Of a stretch of DNA of 24,297 nt, positions 1-11,136 are shown piece by piece; position 1 is the stretch's first letter, and each line of letters begins with the position of its first letter. The stretch comes from Albugo candida. Taxonomy: Eukaryota. The position numbers and the translations under genes are program-made. Below the pieces are notes generated by a model. It searched no databases, was not told where the DNA came from, and worked only from the letters and a program-made list of their open reading frames with translations. The DNA lies in contig JBDOQK010000050.1 in assembly GCA_040437565.1 (NCBI GenBank), forward strand, positions 248,001 to 272,297, written 5' to 3'.

Positions 1-1524
1 TGGCACTTGGAATTGAACGTTTGTGAACTGGAATACACCCGTACATTGCACAAGTGAGCGAGAGAGCGTCTTATCCGAGAATGGAGAATCCTCGGCAGCG
101 TGATGAAGCATCACTACTTTTGGCATGTTTTCGTTCTCCCATCGATCCAGTTGATAGATTATTTCCTTCGTGACGGCTTGTTTCTTTGCTTCTATCTGCT
201 GTTTGATCTTCACCGTAAAGTGTGCATGCACGGGCTTATGATCCGAAATATCGAGATCCATCATTGCATCATACTTCACATTCTTAACGTGAGTTGGGCA
301 TTTAGATTTCCATAATACGCGATCACACCACGCGGGTGCTCTTATCTTCTTTTCTGGCCTTCTGTCGTAGCGATTCGTGCCAGCCTGGAACTTGTACGTT
401 GGTGGAAAATTGATGGAAGCTTCTTCAAAGCCGTAAAATACATTCCCTCGTTTTCTTTCGATTAATAGTTGATCACGAGGTAGTAACCTCTCACAGGACT
501 GAGAGGATTCGGCCAATTGTAAACACTCTTCTGTCGAGATATCATCAGTGATACGATAATTCAAATCGCCGGCCCAAAAAACAAAATCATGATGAAGAAT
601 GGATGGTTCCCTTGAGAAGAACTGCGTGGCAGTTTCATTTTTAAAAACAAAGTGCTCATTTTCTTTTTCAAAATCCACTTTAGATAATATGTTGTGGTAG
701 TCCGCATTTCTGCCAGCAATATTATCGCGATGAGCGGCAAGATGTGAGCAAACAAAACATAAACTGCTGTCATAAAAGCTCATTCGAATGGCAGCACCGC
801 CTTTGTTACCCATCATTCCCATGATACCGACTCCTGCTGTCGCTCCTGCGACTTCTTTCACATGTTCCCAATGCTCTTTCCTAACAAACACAAGAAGAGA
901 GATGCCAACCAAATGCTTCTCCAGTACAGGTTTGTACTGATTCTCCGACTCAAACTGAGTGTTGAGTGCATGCAAGATTGTTTCTTCCCAGGCAAGGCTG
1001 CGTTGCACCGAATGATTATTTACCACTACATTGACTGCATTTAGATCCACGATTTCTTGCAGCCCAATTGCGACGATATCCGGAGAAAAAGGCTCGTTTA
1101 TGTGACGACTTCCTCTAACCCACTGCGCAATTTTATGAGCTTCCGTTAAAGCCAAAGGTTTCTTTGCGTTGACATTCCAGGTACCCACGACAACAATGGT
1201 ATCATGAAAACAAGTGTAGGTAGATTCTCGAAGATGTAGCTGCTGTTTGATCCAGTCATCGCGGATGAAAGACATGACCACAGGATTATGATAGCGTCCA
1301 TCCGCTGCAAGAACCGCATCGCCCACGGTAGGAAGAAGAGAATATGAAGACGATGATATAGTTGAAAGGTCTGAATTATCGGAATTTGGAGCAGAAGATG
1401 AGGATTTATGCATTGGATTCCACTCGGTACTTTTCTGTGAGGAGCATCTCACATCCATTACTTCGTTTGTGTTCTGAGATTTTTCCACTCGAATTGAATC
1501 AGTCTCGTCGGATGCAACGTGCAT
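1..1524 (-). CDS. OCRL: OCRL/INPP5B-type inositol polyphosphate 5-phosphatase (3' end beyond the left edge of the window)
   Basis: Manual translation gives a stop-free minus-strand frame from ATG 1524 (in-frame TAA at 1530-1528 just upstream) to base 1, 508 codons. It has the 5-phosphatase motifs VGTWNVNAK, PDIVAIGLQEIVDL, GVGIMGMMGNKGGAAIR, CFVCSHLAAH, FWAGDLNYRI, FPPTYKF, RAPAWCDRVLW and ISDHKPV. These are followed by LDRWENENMP...FQFTNVQF, resembling the helix and start of the OCRL/INPP5B ASH domain. It is absent from the ORF track because no stop lies in the window. Confidence 0.93.
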   Translation of the reverse strand, partial: MHVASDETDSIRVEKSQNTNEVMDVRCSSQKSTEWNPMHKSSSSAPNSDNSDLSTISSSSYSLLPTVGDAVLAADGRYHNPVVMSFIRDDWIKQQLHLRESTYTCFHDTIVVVGTWNVNAKKPLALTEAHKIAQWVRGSRHINEPFSPDIVAIGLQEIVDLNAVNVVVNNHSVQRSLAWEETILHALNTQFESENQYKPVLEKHLVGISLLVFVRKEHWEHVKEVAGATAGVGIMGMMGNKGGAAIRMSFYDSSLCFVCSHLAAHRDNIAGRNADYHNILSKVDFEKENEHFVFKNETATQFFSREPSILHHDFVFWAGDLNYRITDDISTEECLQLAESSQSCERLLPRDQLLIERKRGNVFYGFEEASINFPPTYKFQAGTNRYDRRPEKKIRAPAWCDRVLWKSKCPTHVKNVKYDAMMDLDISDHKPVHAHFTVKIKQQIEAKKQAVTKEIIYQLDRWENENMPKVVMLHHAAEDSPFSDKTLSRSLVQCTGVFQFTNVQFQVP

Positions 1525-1869
1525 CTTTTATGATCGAAGGTCGAGCCCGAGAAGCTCGCAAAGAACATAAATTGACCGTTGCGACCGTTACTATTTGATT
1601 GTGAATGAATTCCATACACCGTAATTTCGGCATGTCGAATCAACCGAATTTATGTTAACACGTTAAAATTCAAAGTGTAGTCCAGAAATTCGAAAACTGG
1701 CAAGTGTGCGTTGCAGTTTGCGATAAAATAACAGCTTACAAAACCGAAAACGTATCATTTACACGTCGTATCTCCGCCTACCCGACTACAGTCGATATCG
1801 GTTGAAAGAAGCAAGTACGAGCCGATCTTATAATCAATTCATATCTGATACTCATGTACTCATCGACCT

Positions 1870-4800
1870 TTAAACACCGACCAGCCCGCGTGCAACTTCC
1901 ACCTCTTCGCCTTGTTGTGATGCAAAGTAGTTGAATATCTGCTCAAGAGTTGTCTGCGAAACAGCATACTCACGTATGTGGCACTCATCTTTTCCCTTCT
2001 CAATGCATTTGAAGACATTGGAGAGTCGTAATGCTACGTTAGGGTCCCCAGTAAGCCTGTAACGGCTCAGGTCATTTTGACGTTCGAGTAATTCCACGCT
2101 CGATGGACCAAATGAGGATTTCAAGAATGAGTCCATCGCGAGAAATCGTGCTTCTGTCAACCACCAGGAGCAAAATTGCTCCGGTCGAATTAATCCATCT
2201 CTCTCGATTATCGATGCAACGATGTATCCCGTCGAGTGCTTTGAAGTGATCTTGTCAAACCAGGATGAATCACCCAAGCGGTCACAAGCATCAAGTAGAT
2301 GATCCTTGGAGATCTCAGCCCCTACCTCACCTTCCGAGAGCTGAAATCGATCCTGAGCGAGTTTTAATACCTCTGACATTGTAGGCTGTTGAAGTTTGAC
2401 TTCGAGCATGACGCCGTTTCCATAGCGAGATTTCAAATGCTGAACGCTTCCTAAACACCGCAAACGNNNNNNNNNNNNNNNNNNNNNNNNNNNNNNNNNN
2501 NNNNNNNNNNNNNNNNNNNNNNNNNNNNNNNNNNNNNNNNNNNNNNNNNNNNNNNNNNNNNNNNNNCGTTTCAAGTGCTGCGGACGGTGCGAGGGGATGT
2601 AGTCAAAAGAGTTCGGTGGAGATCTCAGTCCCTACCTCACCTTCCGAGAGCTGAAATCGATCCTGAGCGAGTTTTAATACCTCTGACATTGTAGGCTGTT
2701 GAAGTTTGAGTTCGAGCATGACGCCGTTTCCATAGCGAGATTTCAAATGCTGAACGCTTCCTAAACACCGCAAACGGCCACCCACCATAATGCCAACCCG
2801 CGTGCATAAAGCTTCACATTCTTCCATGCTGTGAGTCGTGAGTACAATCGTCGACTCTTTTGTATGTGTGGAAATATTAGCAATCACGTTCCACATGAAG
2901 CGTCTTGAGACAGGATCCATGCCCGTCGATGGCTCATCGAGGAAGATAATGCGCGGTGACCCGATCATTGCAATCGCCACCGACAGCTTCCTTTTATTCC
3001 CTCCACTTAATGTGCCTGCTAATTTGTGCTCAAAATCGTCCAAATTCATTTGATGCATTAGAGTATCAGTGACGTCCTTCAATTGCGCTTTTGCAACACC
3101 TTTGATGCGAGCAAACAGCTCGAGGTGCTCTCGAACTGAGAGAAGTTCATAAAGTGCATCAAACTGCGGACAATATCCGATTAGCTGTCTTACTTGCAAT
3201 TGCTGAGTCAAAATGTCGTAGCCCCCTAGACTTCCACCTCCAGCCGTAGGAAGTATATCACCAGTCATCATCTTCATTGTAGTTGTCTTACCAGCCCCGT
3301 TGATGCCGAGAAACCCAAAACATTCGCCTTTGGGTAAACCGAAGGATAGATCTCGAACCGCTACTTTATTTCCTTTGTAAACCTTACGAATTCCTCGCAA
3401 AACAACAGAATCATTATCAGCAAGTCCACGCCTGACACGTTCAGCTTCGGCTCCAACATCTTCTTCTTCCTGAAATGGTGCATCCTGGATATTGGGGTCT
3501 TTGAAGACGGCTGCCTTAATTTTCGGAAAGCTAAGAAGATAGTCAATTCCGACAGCGAGGCTCAGATACAACACCGTATCAATGGCTTGGTAAAGTAGCT
3601 CCCATCCCATCAAGTCCATAGAATATGGGCTGCTGGCCCCAGTCAGAAGCAGTGCAGCTTTGATCTCATGCACTGATAAATTCAATAGTCCAGCTCCAAG
3701 ACAATACAAAGGAGAGAGACGATAGAAAAATTTGAGAACCTTGTTGACACCTTTGCTCGACTCGAATATATCGAGAACGAATGATACAACAAGTAGTCCC
3801 AGGCCGAAGATGAAATTGACCATGATAATGTAGGTTTGAGAGGAGCTGTGTTCACGAAAAAAGTAAGTGCATACGTAGGAAAATGGACATATTGCTAGTC
3901 CAAATAGAAAAAAGTTCAGAACGACTGCTCCGTATGTTTCATCGGTGCATCCAATACAGTCCTTCCCTGTCAAGGAGGCAATTTCAAAGGCTTGTATCAT
4001 GATAATGGCAGCCAAAAATGGTATAATATAAGTGATAAAGTCCCAGATGTAATTGGCAATCCAAAATGCTGGAAGACTGACACCTGAAACGAGTTGTTGG
4101 TGCTTGCAATTATGCTCTGGTTGCTTTTCTTTGACCAGGAACCCAACCACGGATGTTGGGAAAAACGCAAACGCGATCACAATGAATAAGCACGATATAA
4201 AAGATAAAAATGAGCCACGAACCGATAAACTTGCTGCAGTGTAAGGTAATGGATACGAGTTTACTTGTAGTGTCAATGGCGATGATGTTGAAGTGCGAGA
4301 TATAACTCTACCATTATTGGAGAGTAATCGATACAAAGCCTGGTCTATCTGAGCCTTAAAAAGCACAGCAGCATGAGCAACACTGGTGTTAATAGAGGTG
4401 TGATATCCAAATACGTGGTCTACTTCTGATGCATGGATGAGAAACCCTCCATATTGGCCAGGATAAGGCTTGGTGCGGACATTTTCAGTAGTGCCCGAGA
4501 CTTCGCCAAAGCCCCTTGCATAAACTTTTTCTCCAAAGCGCAAGCAATATCCGGTAGAATCTGTTGCATTGAAACTCGGAGGACTATACTCTACGCCAAA
4601 AACTTGTGCTTGAGGTGATGGATAAGGTGGACTTCGAAAGCTTTCGTTGCTTATTGCATCAGTAATTCCACCAGTGTATAACCGACTCATAACTTGAGAG
4701 CACATATTACCCTCATCTGATCCGTGACAGTAATATGGCACAATCATGTCGCTCCCAAATCGGAGCTTGTCCGATGTCACGGCAAGTTTTTCATCATTCT

Positions 4801-7800
4801 TTGTCAAGGAGCTACTTTTCAGNNNNNNNNNNNNNNNNNNNNNNNNNNNNNNNNNNNNNNNNNNNNNNNNNNNNNNNNNNNNNNNNNNNNNNNNNNNNNN
4901 NNNNNNNNNNNNNNNNNNNNNNACCGACTCATAACTTGAGAGCACATATTACCCTCATCTGATCCGTGACAGTAATATGGCACAATCATGTCGCTCCCAA
5001 ATCGGAGCTTGTCCGATGTCACGGCAAGTTTTTCATCATTCTTTGTCAAGGAGCTACTTTTCAGGATAATAAAGCCTGCTAATAGAAGTGCCACCGGAAG
5101 AAGCCCACTGAAGATAACAACTCGGCGGTCACGTTTTGCGATCCGAAAGCGTTTCAGGATTAGAGCTTCTAGATGACCCAGGAATTTCGCTCTACTTCCG
5201 AGTTCTGGTTGAGATTGCGCAGGTGCAGATTGATGTGTCGGAGGTGCTCTAACTTCTTTCTCCAATGTGTGTTGATTGGATTCATCTGATGCTTCAGCAA
5301 CTTTAATAAAGACCTCCTCGAGTGTAGTCACTGAGATCCCATAGGAAAGCAATCCAAGTTCAGTAAGTTGGTTATCTAGTGCTTCAAACATGACGGCAAA
5401 TCGGCCGGATTCAGCCGCGGGTAGTTGAAAAGCAATTTCAGCTCCTACGTTGCTCAAGACGCGTGCAGTAGGTATATGTCCGAGTATGAACGCTTCCAGC
5501 TCACTCTCTCGACAATCTCCGTTCTTGACTAGTGTGAAGTTATAGCCTGCTCCATATCGGTTTTTAAGAAACAAAGATGATCCACAACAGCGAAGTTCTC
5601 CTTCAGCCATTATAGCGATACGATCACCTAGAATGTCAGCCTCATCCATAAAATGGGTGGTAAGAACTATAACTCGGTTCTGTCGATTATTCAAGAGTGT
5701 CTCCCACGTACTGCGTCGACTATAGGGATCCATACCGGATGTGGGCTCGTCAAGAAACACTAATGAGCTGTCACCCAAGAGACTGATAGCGACGGATAAT
5801 TTTCGCTTCATTCCGCCAGAAAGGGAAGCAGATAAAACCTGACGCTTTTCTGTGAGACCGACTTCCTTGATTTTGGAACTAATTATCTCTTTCAGCTCAC
5901 TTCCATGATATCCCTTTATACGAGCATAAAACATCAAATGCTCCTCTACTGTCAGCAGCGAGTATAGCACATCATGCTGGAAGCATAAGCCTAGTGATTG
6001 CCGTATACTGCCTAGGTCATTCTTTAGGGATAATCCTCCAAAAGATGCATCACCTCCACTCGGTGCAAGCATCCCTGTCAGCATCGATATAAGTGTCGTC
6101 TTCCCTGCACCATTATGACCTAGTAAGCAGGTGATTTGACCTTTGTACATCGATAAACTCATGCCTTTAACGGCTACTTTAGTCCCTCCTGGAACTGCAA
6201 ACTCTTTTTTGATATCTTTTATTACCAGAGCGTCTCCGTTTTGTTCTTGATTTGATAAATCAGCACTCACAGGCTCCACATGGTCGTTCGAGACGGTGGG
6301 CACCCCTCTAGCATCCAGTTCGGCCGCAGCCATTATCTTTTGCTTCCCGCGTAGCCCTCTCCAGTAAGCTCGAGATATAGGGAAGTACCATTTTTCGGTC
6401 GTCCCGAACTCTTTTGGAAGAACTCGGTCAAAGTATAGACCCAAAATCGTATACAGCAGTAAATCCAGAATTAAGAACCCGATGCAAGTATTGAATGTAA
6501 AATTATCCACAAGCTCATTGGCATTCCCAAAGTTGATGCCAATTCCCGTAGACTCAGCTTTTGCCAACTGATCCACTCCCAGCGCCAATGCCACTGGTGA
6601 CAATAAACAAGCTGCGCTTTTGGAACCCAAATTTGTACTTGGAGTGAGAGCCGAGGATATGAAATACATCAAAAAGAAAAGGACAATGCCAGTAAATGAT
6701 CCAGTTCTAGCGCGTGAAAATAAACTGCTGATGAGATATCCAAACGCCAAGACGCTCAAGCTGAAGAAAAAGAAGAAAAAGAACAATAAAACGATGTCAC
6801 TATTGGCAAAGATGCCAATTTTGCCGCCAATTGATTGTAGAACGCTAGCAATGAAGTATATTATAATATATGTCAGATACCATGATGCGAATATAGCAGG
6901 TTCGTTCACTCCGAGAATCTTCATATATTCTTTTGACCTTGATTCCTTCTCCTGAATCAGCACTGTGAGAATCCGGGAGATAGCGTACAAGTACGACAAA
7001 ATGAATAACAATGCAAAGACGTTGCTTATAGATTCGTAAAATGGGGAAGAAATAAAGGACTGGCTCGGAAACGGGGACACCGTGGATCCAAACATAACTT
7101 GTGGCATTATCCGCAGTGGTTTGAGTAAGATTTCTTGTTGCTCGGAACTCATATTTAGCACCTCGGTACGAGCAGCAGCTCGACTAGAAAATGCGAAAGA
7201 GAGTGTATTAATGATCACAAAATCTTTCTGGATGGTTTCCAAGAATTTCTCGTCGAGTGATTGTGATGCTTTCGAAATGGCATCGATTTGTTGACAATTT
7301 CCGGTTGTAGTTTTGGTAATTGAATTCCAGTCAGGCATACATGTCAAAAACCGCGTGACAAGTGTCTGCAATGTCGAGAATCCCCGAAGAGTGTATTGGG
7401 AGTAGTATTCAGTATTGATTAGACGCTGAAATGGAGACTCGAATGCAGGATCGCCAAGTGTATGAGGCACACTGCTTTGTGAACTTCGATCCAACGTTGC
7501 ATTCATTCGGATTGAAAATTCAATATCCATATACTTGCCGATCATATCTTCATCTGGATATCGTTCAAATACAATCGCGGCATAGATTTTTGGGTTAGAA
7601 ATAGACATGCCGTATTCTCGGCTAGTGATATAGGATTCCAAGCTAGTTTCATCATCAAAAAATAGCACACTATCTTCAATAGAGGGTATCATGAGTTGAC
7701 CTTCAATAGTTGAGATATTGCTTCTGGAAACTGGTGTCCTTGGATACCAAGTTTTTAGAGTTTCAAAGTAGTAACGACGTGTAAAGGTATTGTCTGGGGC

Positions 7801-8364
7801 AATGGCAAGCTTGTATATAACTTGTATTCTATCTCGACAGTCTGGTGGTATTAATCGAGCCGATACAATGGAAGAGTTGATTCCCACCGAACCATTCAAC
7901 GCTATCAGCTCTTTGCATCGTTTAGTAGCTAATGGATTATCTGGAATAGGAAGTAGGGCTTCAGCAGTACGTAAGCCTAGGTAGAGTAACAGTCCTGACA
8001 TGCTCAACTCTGTCATGACGTATTTACCAGCAGGTAACCATCCATTAAAAACATTCAGCTTGAGATCCCTGAGCGTCGTGGTTCCGGGACTAAACAAATT
8101 ATAACTAGTGCCTCTGTTTTCATCTCCACTCGATTTTGTCGTATCACTCCACCCTGATGGAACTGAGATATCCGAAGTGAGAGATTTAAGCCCGCTTGTC
8201 AAAATCACAAAGCAAACAGGTAATAAGATCTCTAATGCCGTTGCAATTGGTTGTCGACGCTTTATCATCCAATTCTTCCATAGTAAAGTACGAAGATGTG
8301 AAAGACTAGAAGCAGGTTTCCTGCGTGATAATAAGGGTCTTTCGCGAGAGCTCGTCGACACCAT
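1870..8364 (-). CDS. ABCA: Full-size ABC transporter, ABCA subfamily (TMD-NBD-TMD-NBD), about 1980 aa, intronless; split into three ORFs by assembly gaps
   Basis: N-terminal ABCA signature LLWKNWMIKRRQP. NBD1: GHNGAGKTT, LSGGMKRKL, FLDEPTSGMDP, LTTHFMDEADILGDRI. NBD2: GINGAGKTT, LSGGNKRKL, FLDEPSTGMDP, LTTHSMEECEALC. C-terminal SQTTLEQIF. Removing the 242-bp and 310-bp gap-plus-duplication segments puts the ORFs 4819..8364, 2603..4945 and 1870..2574 in one frame of 5943 nt. Confidence 0.96.
2307..2776. repeat. 160-bp direct duplication (2307-2466 vs 2617-2776) around the 100-N gap 2467-2566, plus 50 bp of unrelated sequence at 2567-2616
   Basis: The copies are offset by 310 bp and differ at two positions: 2319 c / 2629 t and 2400 c / 2710 g. 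Confidence 0.92.
4681..5064. repeat. 142-bp direct duplication (4681-4822 = 4923-5064) around the 100-N gap 4823-4922; unmerged contig overlap
   Basis: The same sequence accgactcat...gctacttttcag lies on both sides of the gap. Collapsing it restores the ABCA frame. Confidence 0.95.
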
Positions 8365-8773
8365 TCAAATTCAGCTTTTTTGATACAAATAACGCCAAGT
8401 AGTAGCATGAAGGACGCAGAAAGACGTTTTTCTGCAAGTCTTGATCGTCGGTTCATAGAGACTATTCGGCCTGTCGTTCTTCTACTTGGACCGGTTCAGC
8501 GAGACTAATAGGAAACTTTTATGATGCTGTGTAATTTAAGGAGTGCAATAACTTGCTTTGAAAACGCTAGTAGATGAATTTATTCTGACTCTCACTCGAT
8601 TGCTATCCTGCACTAATTTCCACTTGATTGAGCTTGATTGCTATACCTACACTTTTGCGAGCTCGTTGATGACTTTACCAGAGGTAGCAGCGCATGTGCG
8701 TGATTGGCCTAAAAAACTGATTAAGAGCGAATCAAAACAAATCAAAGCAAGAACTTGATTGGACTCGATCGAC
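8365..8773. promoter_or_regulatory. 409-bp divergent intergenic region between ABCA and lysA, with CCAAT-type motifs
   Basis: Head-to-head starts at 8364 (-) and 8774 (+). TGATTGG occurs at 8701-8707 and 8756-8762 and resembles the oomycete CCAAT element. Function is inferred only. Confidence 0.4.
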
Positions 8774-10266
8774 ATGCCAATTCCACTTCCAGGCGAAACG
8801 GAGGCACAGCTCACGTCGCTGGCGTCTACTTATGGTACACCGTTGCAGTTATATGACGAGAAATCAATTCGCGGGAATGCGAAAAATTTGATTGAGACGT
8901 TTCGACGCCAGTTTACTGATTTTCGAGAGTATTTCGCTGTCAAAGCTCTACCAAATCCTGCAATTATCAAAATCCTACACCAGGAAGGTTGCGGCATGGA
9001 TTGCTCATCAACGGCGGAGCTTCACATTTGCGAGGAACTTGGAATCGATGGAAAAGACATTATGTTTACGTCAAATTTCACCTCCAAGGCACGTTACCTA
9101 CCGTCAGTCATGTAAAGCTGAATTCTTAGTGTCTCCACATGATACAGGAAGATCTAGCGACAGCTTATGATCAAAACGTTATCATCAACCTCGATGGTAC
9201 GAAGACACATGGTGTGATTCTCACTGTTACCAACCTAATTGTTCACCTGCTCAGACATTTCCTTAATTGATGCTCTGGTTGATGTGCGTGGAAAATGTCC
9301 AGATCTGATCTCTTTTCGATTGAACCCGGGATTAGGACGAACAGACTCTGAGACTGTCTCTAATGTCCTTGGGGGTCCTGATGCAAAATTTGGTGTGGCA
9401 CCCTTCCAAGTGAGTTGATTATTTATACAGGAGTTTGGATAATGACTGAGTGTTACTAGATTCTTGAAGCTTACCGAAAAGCTAAACAGGCAGGAGCAAA
9501 GCGTTTTGGAATCCATATGATGACCGGCTCTTGTGTGATGGATCAAGACTACTGGAGCCAAACGGTCACTATTCTTATCGACACTGTCGCTAAGCTACGA
9601 CATGAGCTTGGAATTGAATTCGAATTTGTCAACCTTGGTGGTGGCCTTGGAATTCCGTACCACCCCGACGATAAACCTGTCGATATCGATTCCATCAGCA
9701 AGATGCTGCGACAGCTTTTCGATGATGCCAAAGTAAAGCATAACTTATCACAACTTCCTCAGCTTTGCATGGAGAATGGTCGTTACATGACAGGACCATT
9801 TGGATGGTTGATAACACGTTGTCAAGCTATCAAAGAATCGTATGGACGCTATTACGGTGTTGACGCATGCATGGCGAATTTGATGCGACCTGGAATGTAC
9901 AATTCTTACCATCACATCACGATCCCAGTTCGCGAAAATAATGCGGAAAGATCACCTTCCCATGTAGTCGGGACCTTGTGTGAGAATAATGATTGGTTTG
10001 CCAAAAACCGATCTCTGCCGAAGGCGCAAGTGGGTGATCTTTTCGTCATATACGACACGGGAGCACATGCACATTCTATGGGTTTCCAGTACAATGGAAA
10101 GTTGCGAGCTCCCGAAGTGCTAATTCTCCGCGACAATACTCCATTTGTCATGTACGTACTTGAAAAGCTTGACGGTGCTGGATTGGTTCTCATCACTATG
10201 TGCAGACGCGAAAGAGAAACTTACGAAGCGCTATATGGAAATTGTGTCTTACCTCCTGGCATATGA
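8774..10266 (+). CDS. lysA: Diaminopimelate decarboxylase, 5 exons, about 423 aa
   Basis: Exons 8774-9088, 9148-9196, 9255-9409, 9460-10151 and 10206-10266 total 1272 nt and splice in frame. Introns are 59 (GC-AG), 58, 50 and 54 bp. Motifs: YGTPLQLYD, FAVKALPN (PLP lysine), INLDD, FRLNPG, AKFG, GIHMMTGS, NLGGGLG, ENGRY, VGTLCENND, DTGAHAHSMGFQYNGKLRAPEV, IRERET. Confidence 0.93.
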
Positions 10267-10280
10267 GTCAAGTGCTTCAG

Positions 10281-11136
10281 ATTCAGTATTCCTCTAATTT
10301 CTTTCTGTTCAAAACAGATCCGCTTTAAAGAGTAAAAACTAGGCTTCGATAGCAACATCATGAGCAATATAGAGTAGCTGCGCGAAAAACAATTCTTATT
10401 CGAGTACTTCCACGCACACGATGATAACTCAAATAAAAGAGATTGTATAGACAAGTTAATACATTTCTAGAAAATGTCGATATAGCTGTACAGTACCCCA
10501 GGAGCACGCAACACTGCCCTTGACCCACTTGTAGATTATATTTTGAGACTAAATTGTCCACAGCAATGCGTGCCACTGTTGATCTTTCATTAACAGGCTC
10601 AAATTCCTTGCGCCCAGTCATCATCGTCTCCCCATGCAGCTCCTTCCATTCCACCATCNNNNNNNNNNNNNNNNNNNNNNNNNNNNNNNNNNNNNNNNNN
10701 NNNNNNNNNNNNNNNNNNNNNNNNNNNNNNNNNNNNNNNNNNNNNNNNNNNNNNNNNNATTCAGTATTCCTCTAATTTCTTTCTGTTCAAAACAGATCCG
10801 CTTTAAAGAGTAAAAACTAGGCTTCGATAGCAACATCATGAGCAATATAGAGTAGCTGCGCGAAAAACAATTCTTATTCGAGTACTTCCACGCACACGAT
10901 GATAACTCAAATAAAAGAGATTGTATAGACAAGTTAATACATTTCTAGAAAATGTCGATATAGCTGTACAGTACCCCAGGAGCACGCAACACTGCCCTTG
11001 ACCCACTTGTAGATTATATTTTGAGACTAAATTGTCCACAGCAATGCGTGCCACTGTTGATCTTTCATTAACAGGCTCAAATTCCTTGCGCCCAGTCATC
11101 ATCGTCTCCCCATGCAGCTCCTTCCATTCCACCATC
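10281..11136. repeat. 378-bp direct duplication (10281-10658 = 10759-11136) around the 100-N gap 10659-10758; unmerged contig overlap
   Basis: The copies look identical by eye and are offset by 478 bp. This explains the duplicated short ORFs in the track. Confidence 0.95.

Noticed and set aside
1692-1708. Oomycete Inr+FPR core promoter-like motif (minus strand CACACTTGCCAGTTTTC) upstream of the 5-phosphatase
   Set aside because: The match to a short degenerate consensus is imperfect and cannot be supported without TSS data.
6620-6955. Lys-rich plus-strand ORF (LKKKKKKNNK) and AAG-rich microsatellite
   Set aside because: This is the antisense shadow of the ABCA transmembrane poly-Phe stretch LLFFFFFFFSL.
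1870-8364. Three separate ABC transporter genes or a tandem ABCA array
   Set aside because: The ORFs overlap through duplicated gap flanks and join in frame into one protein with exactly two TMD-NBD halves.
10152-10205. 18-aa insertion (YVLEKLDGAGLVLITMCR) near the LysA C-terminus in the ORF track
   Set aside because: It is a 54-bp stop-free intron (GTACGT...TGCAG); removing it restores the conserved VIRERET motif.
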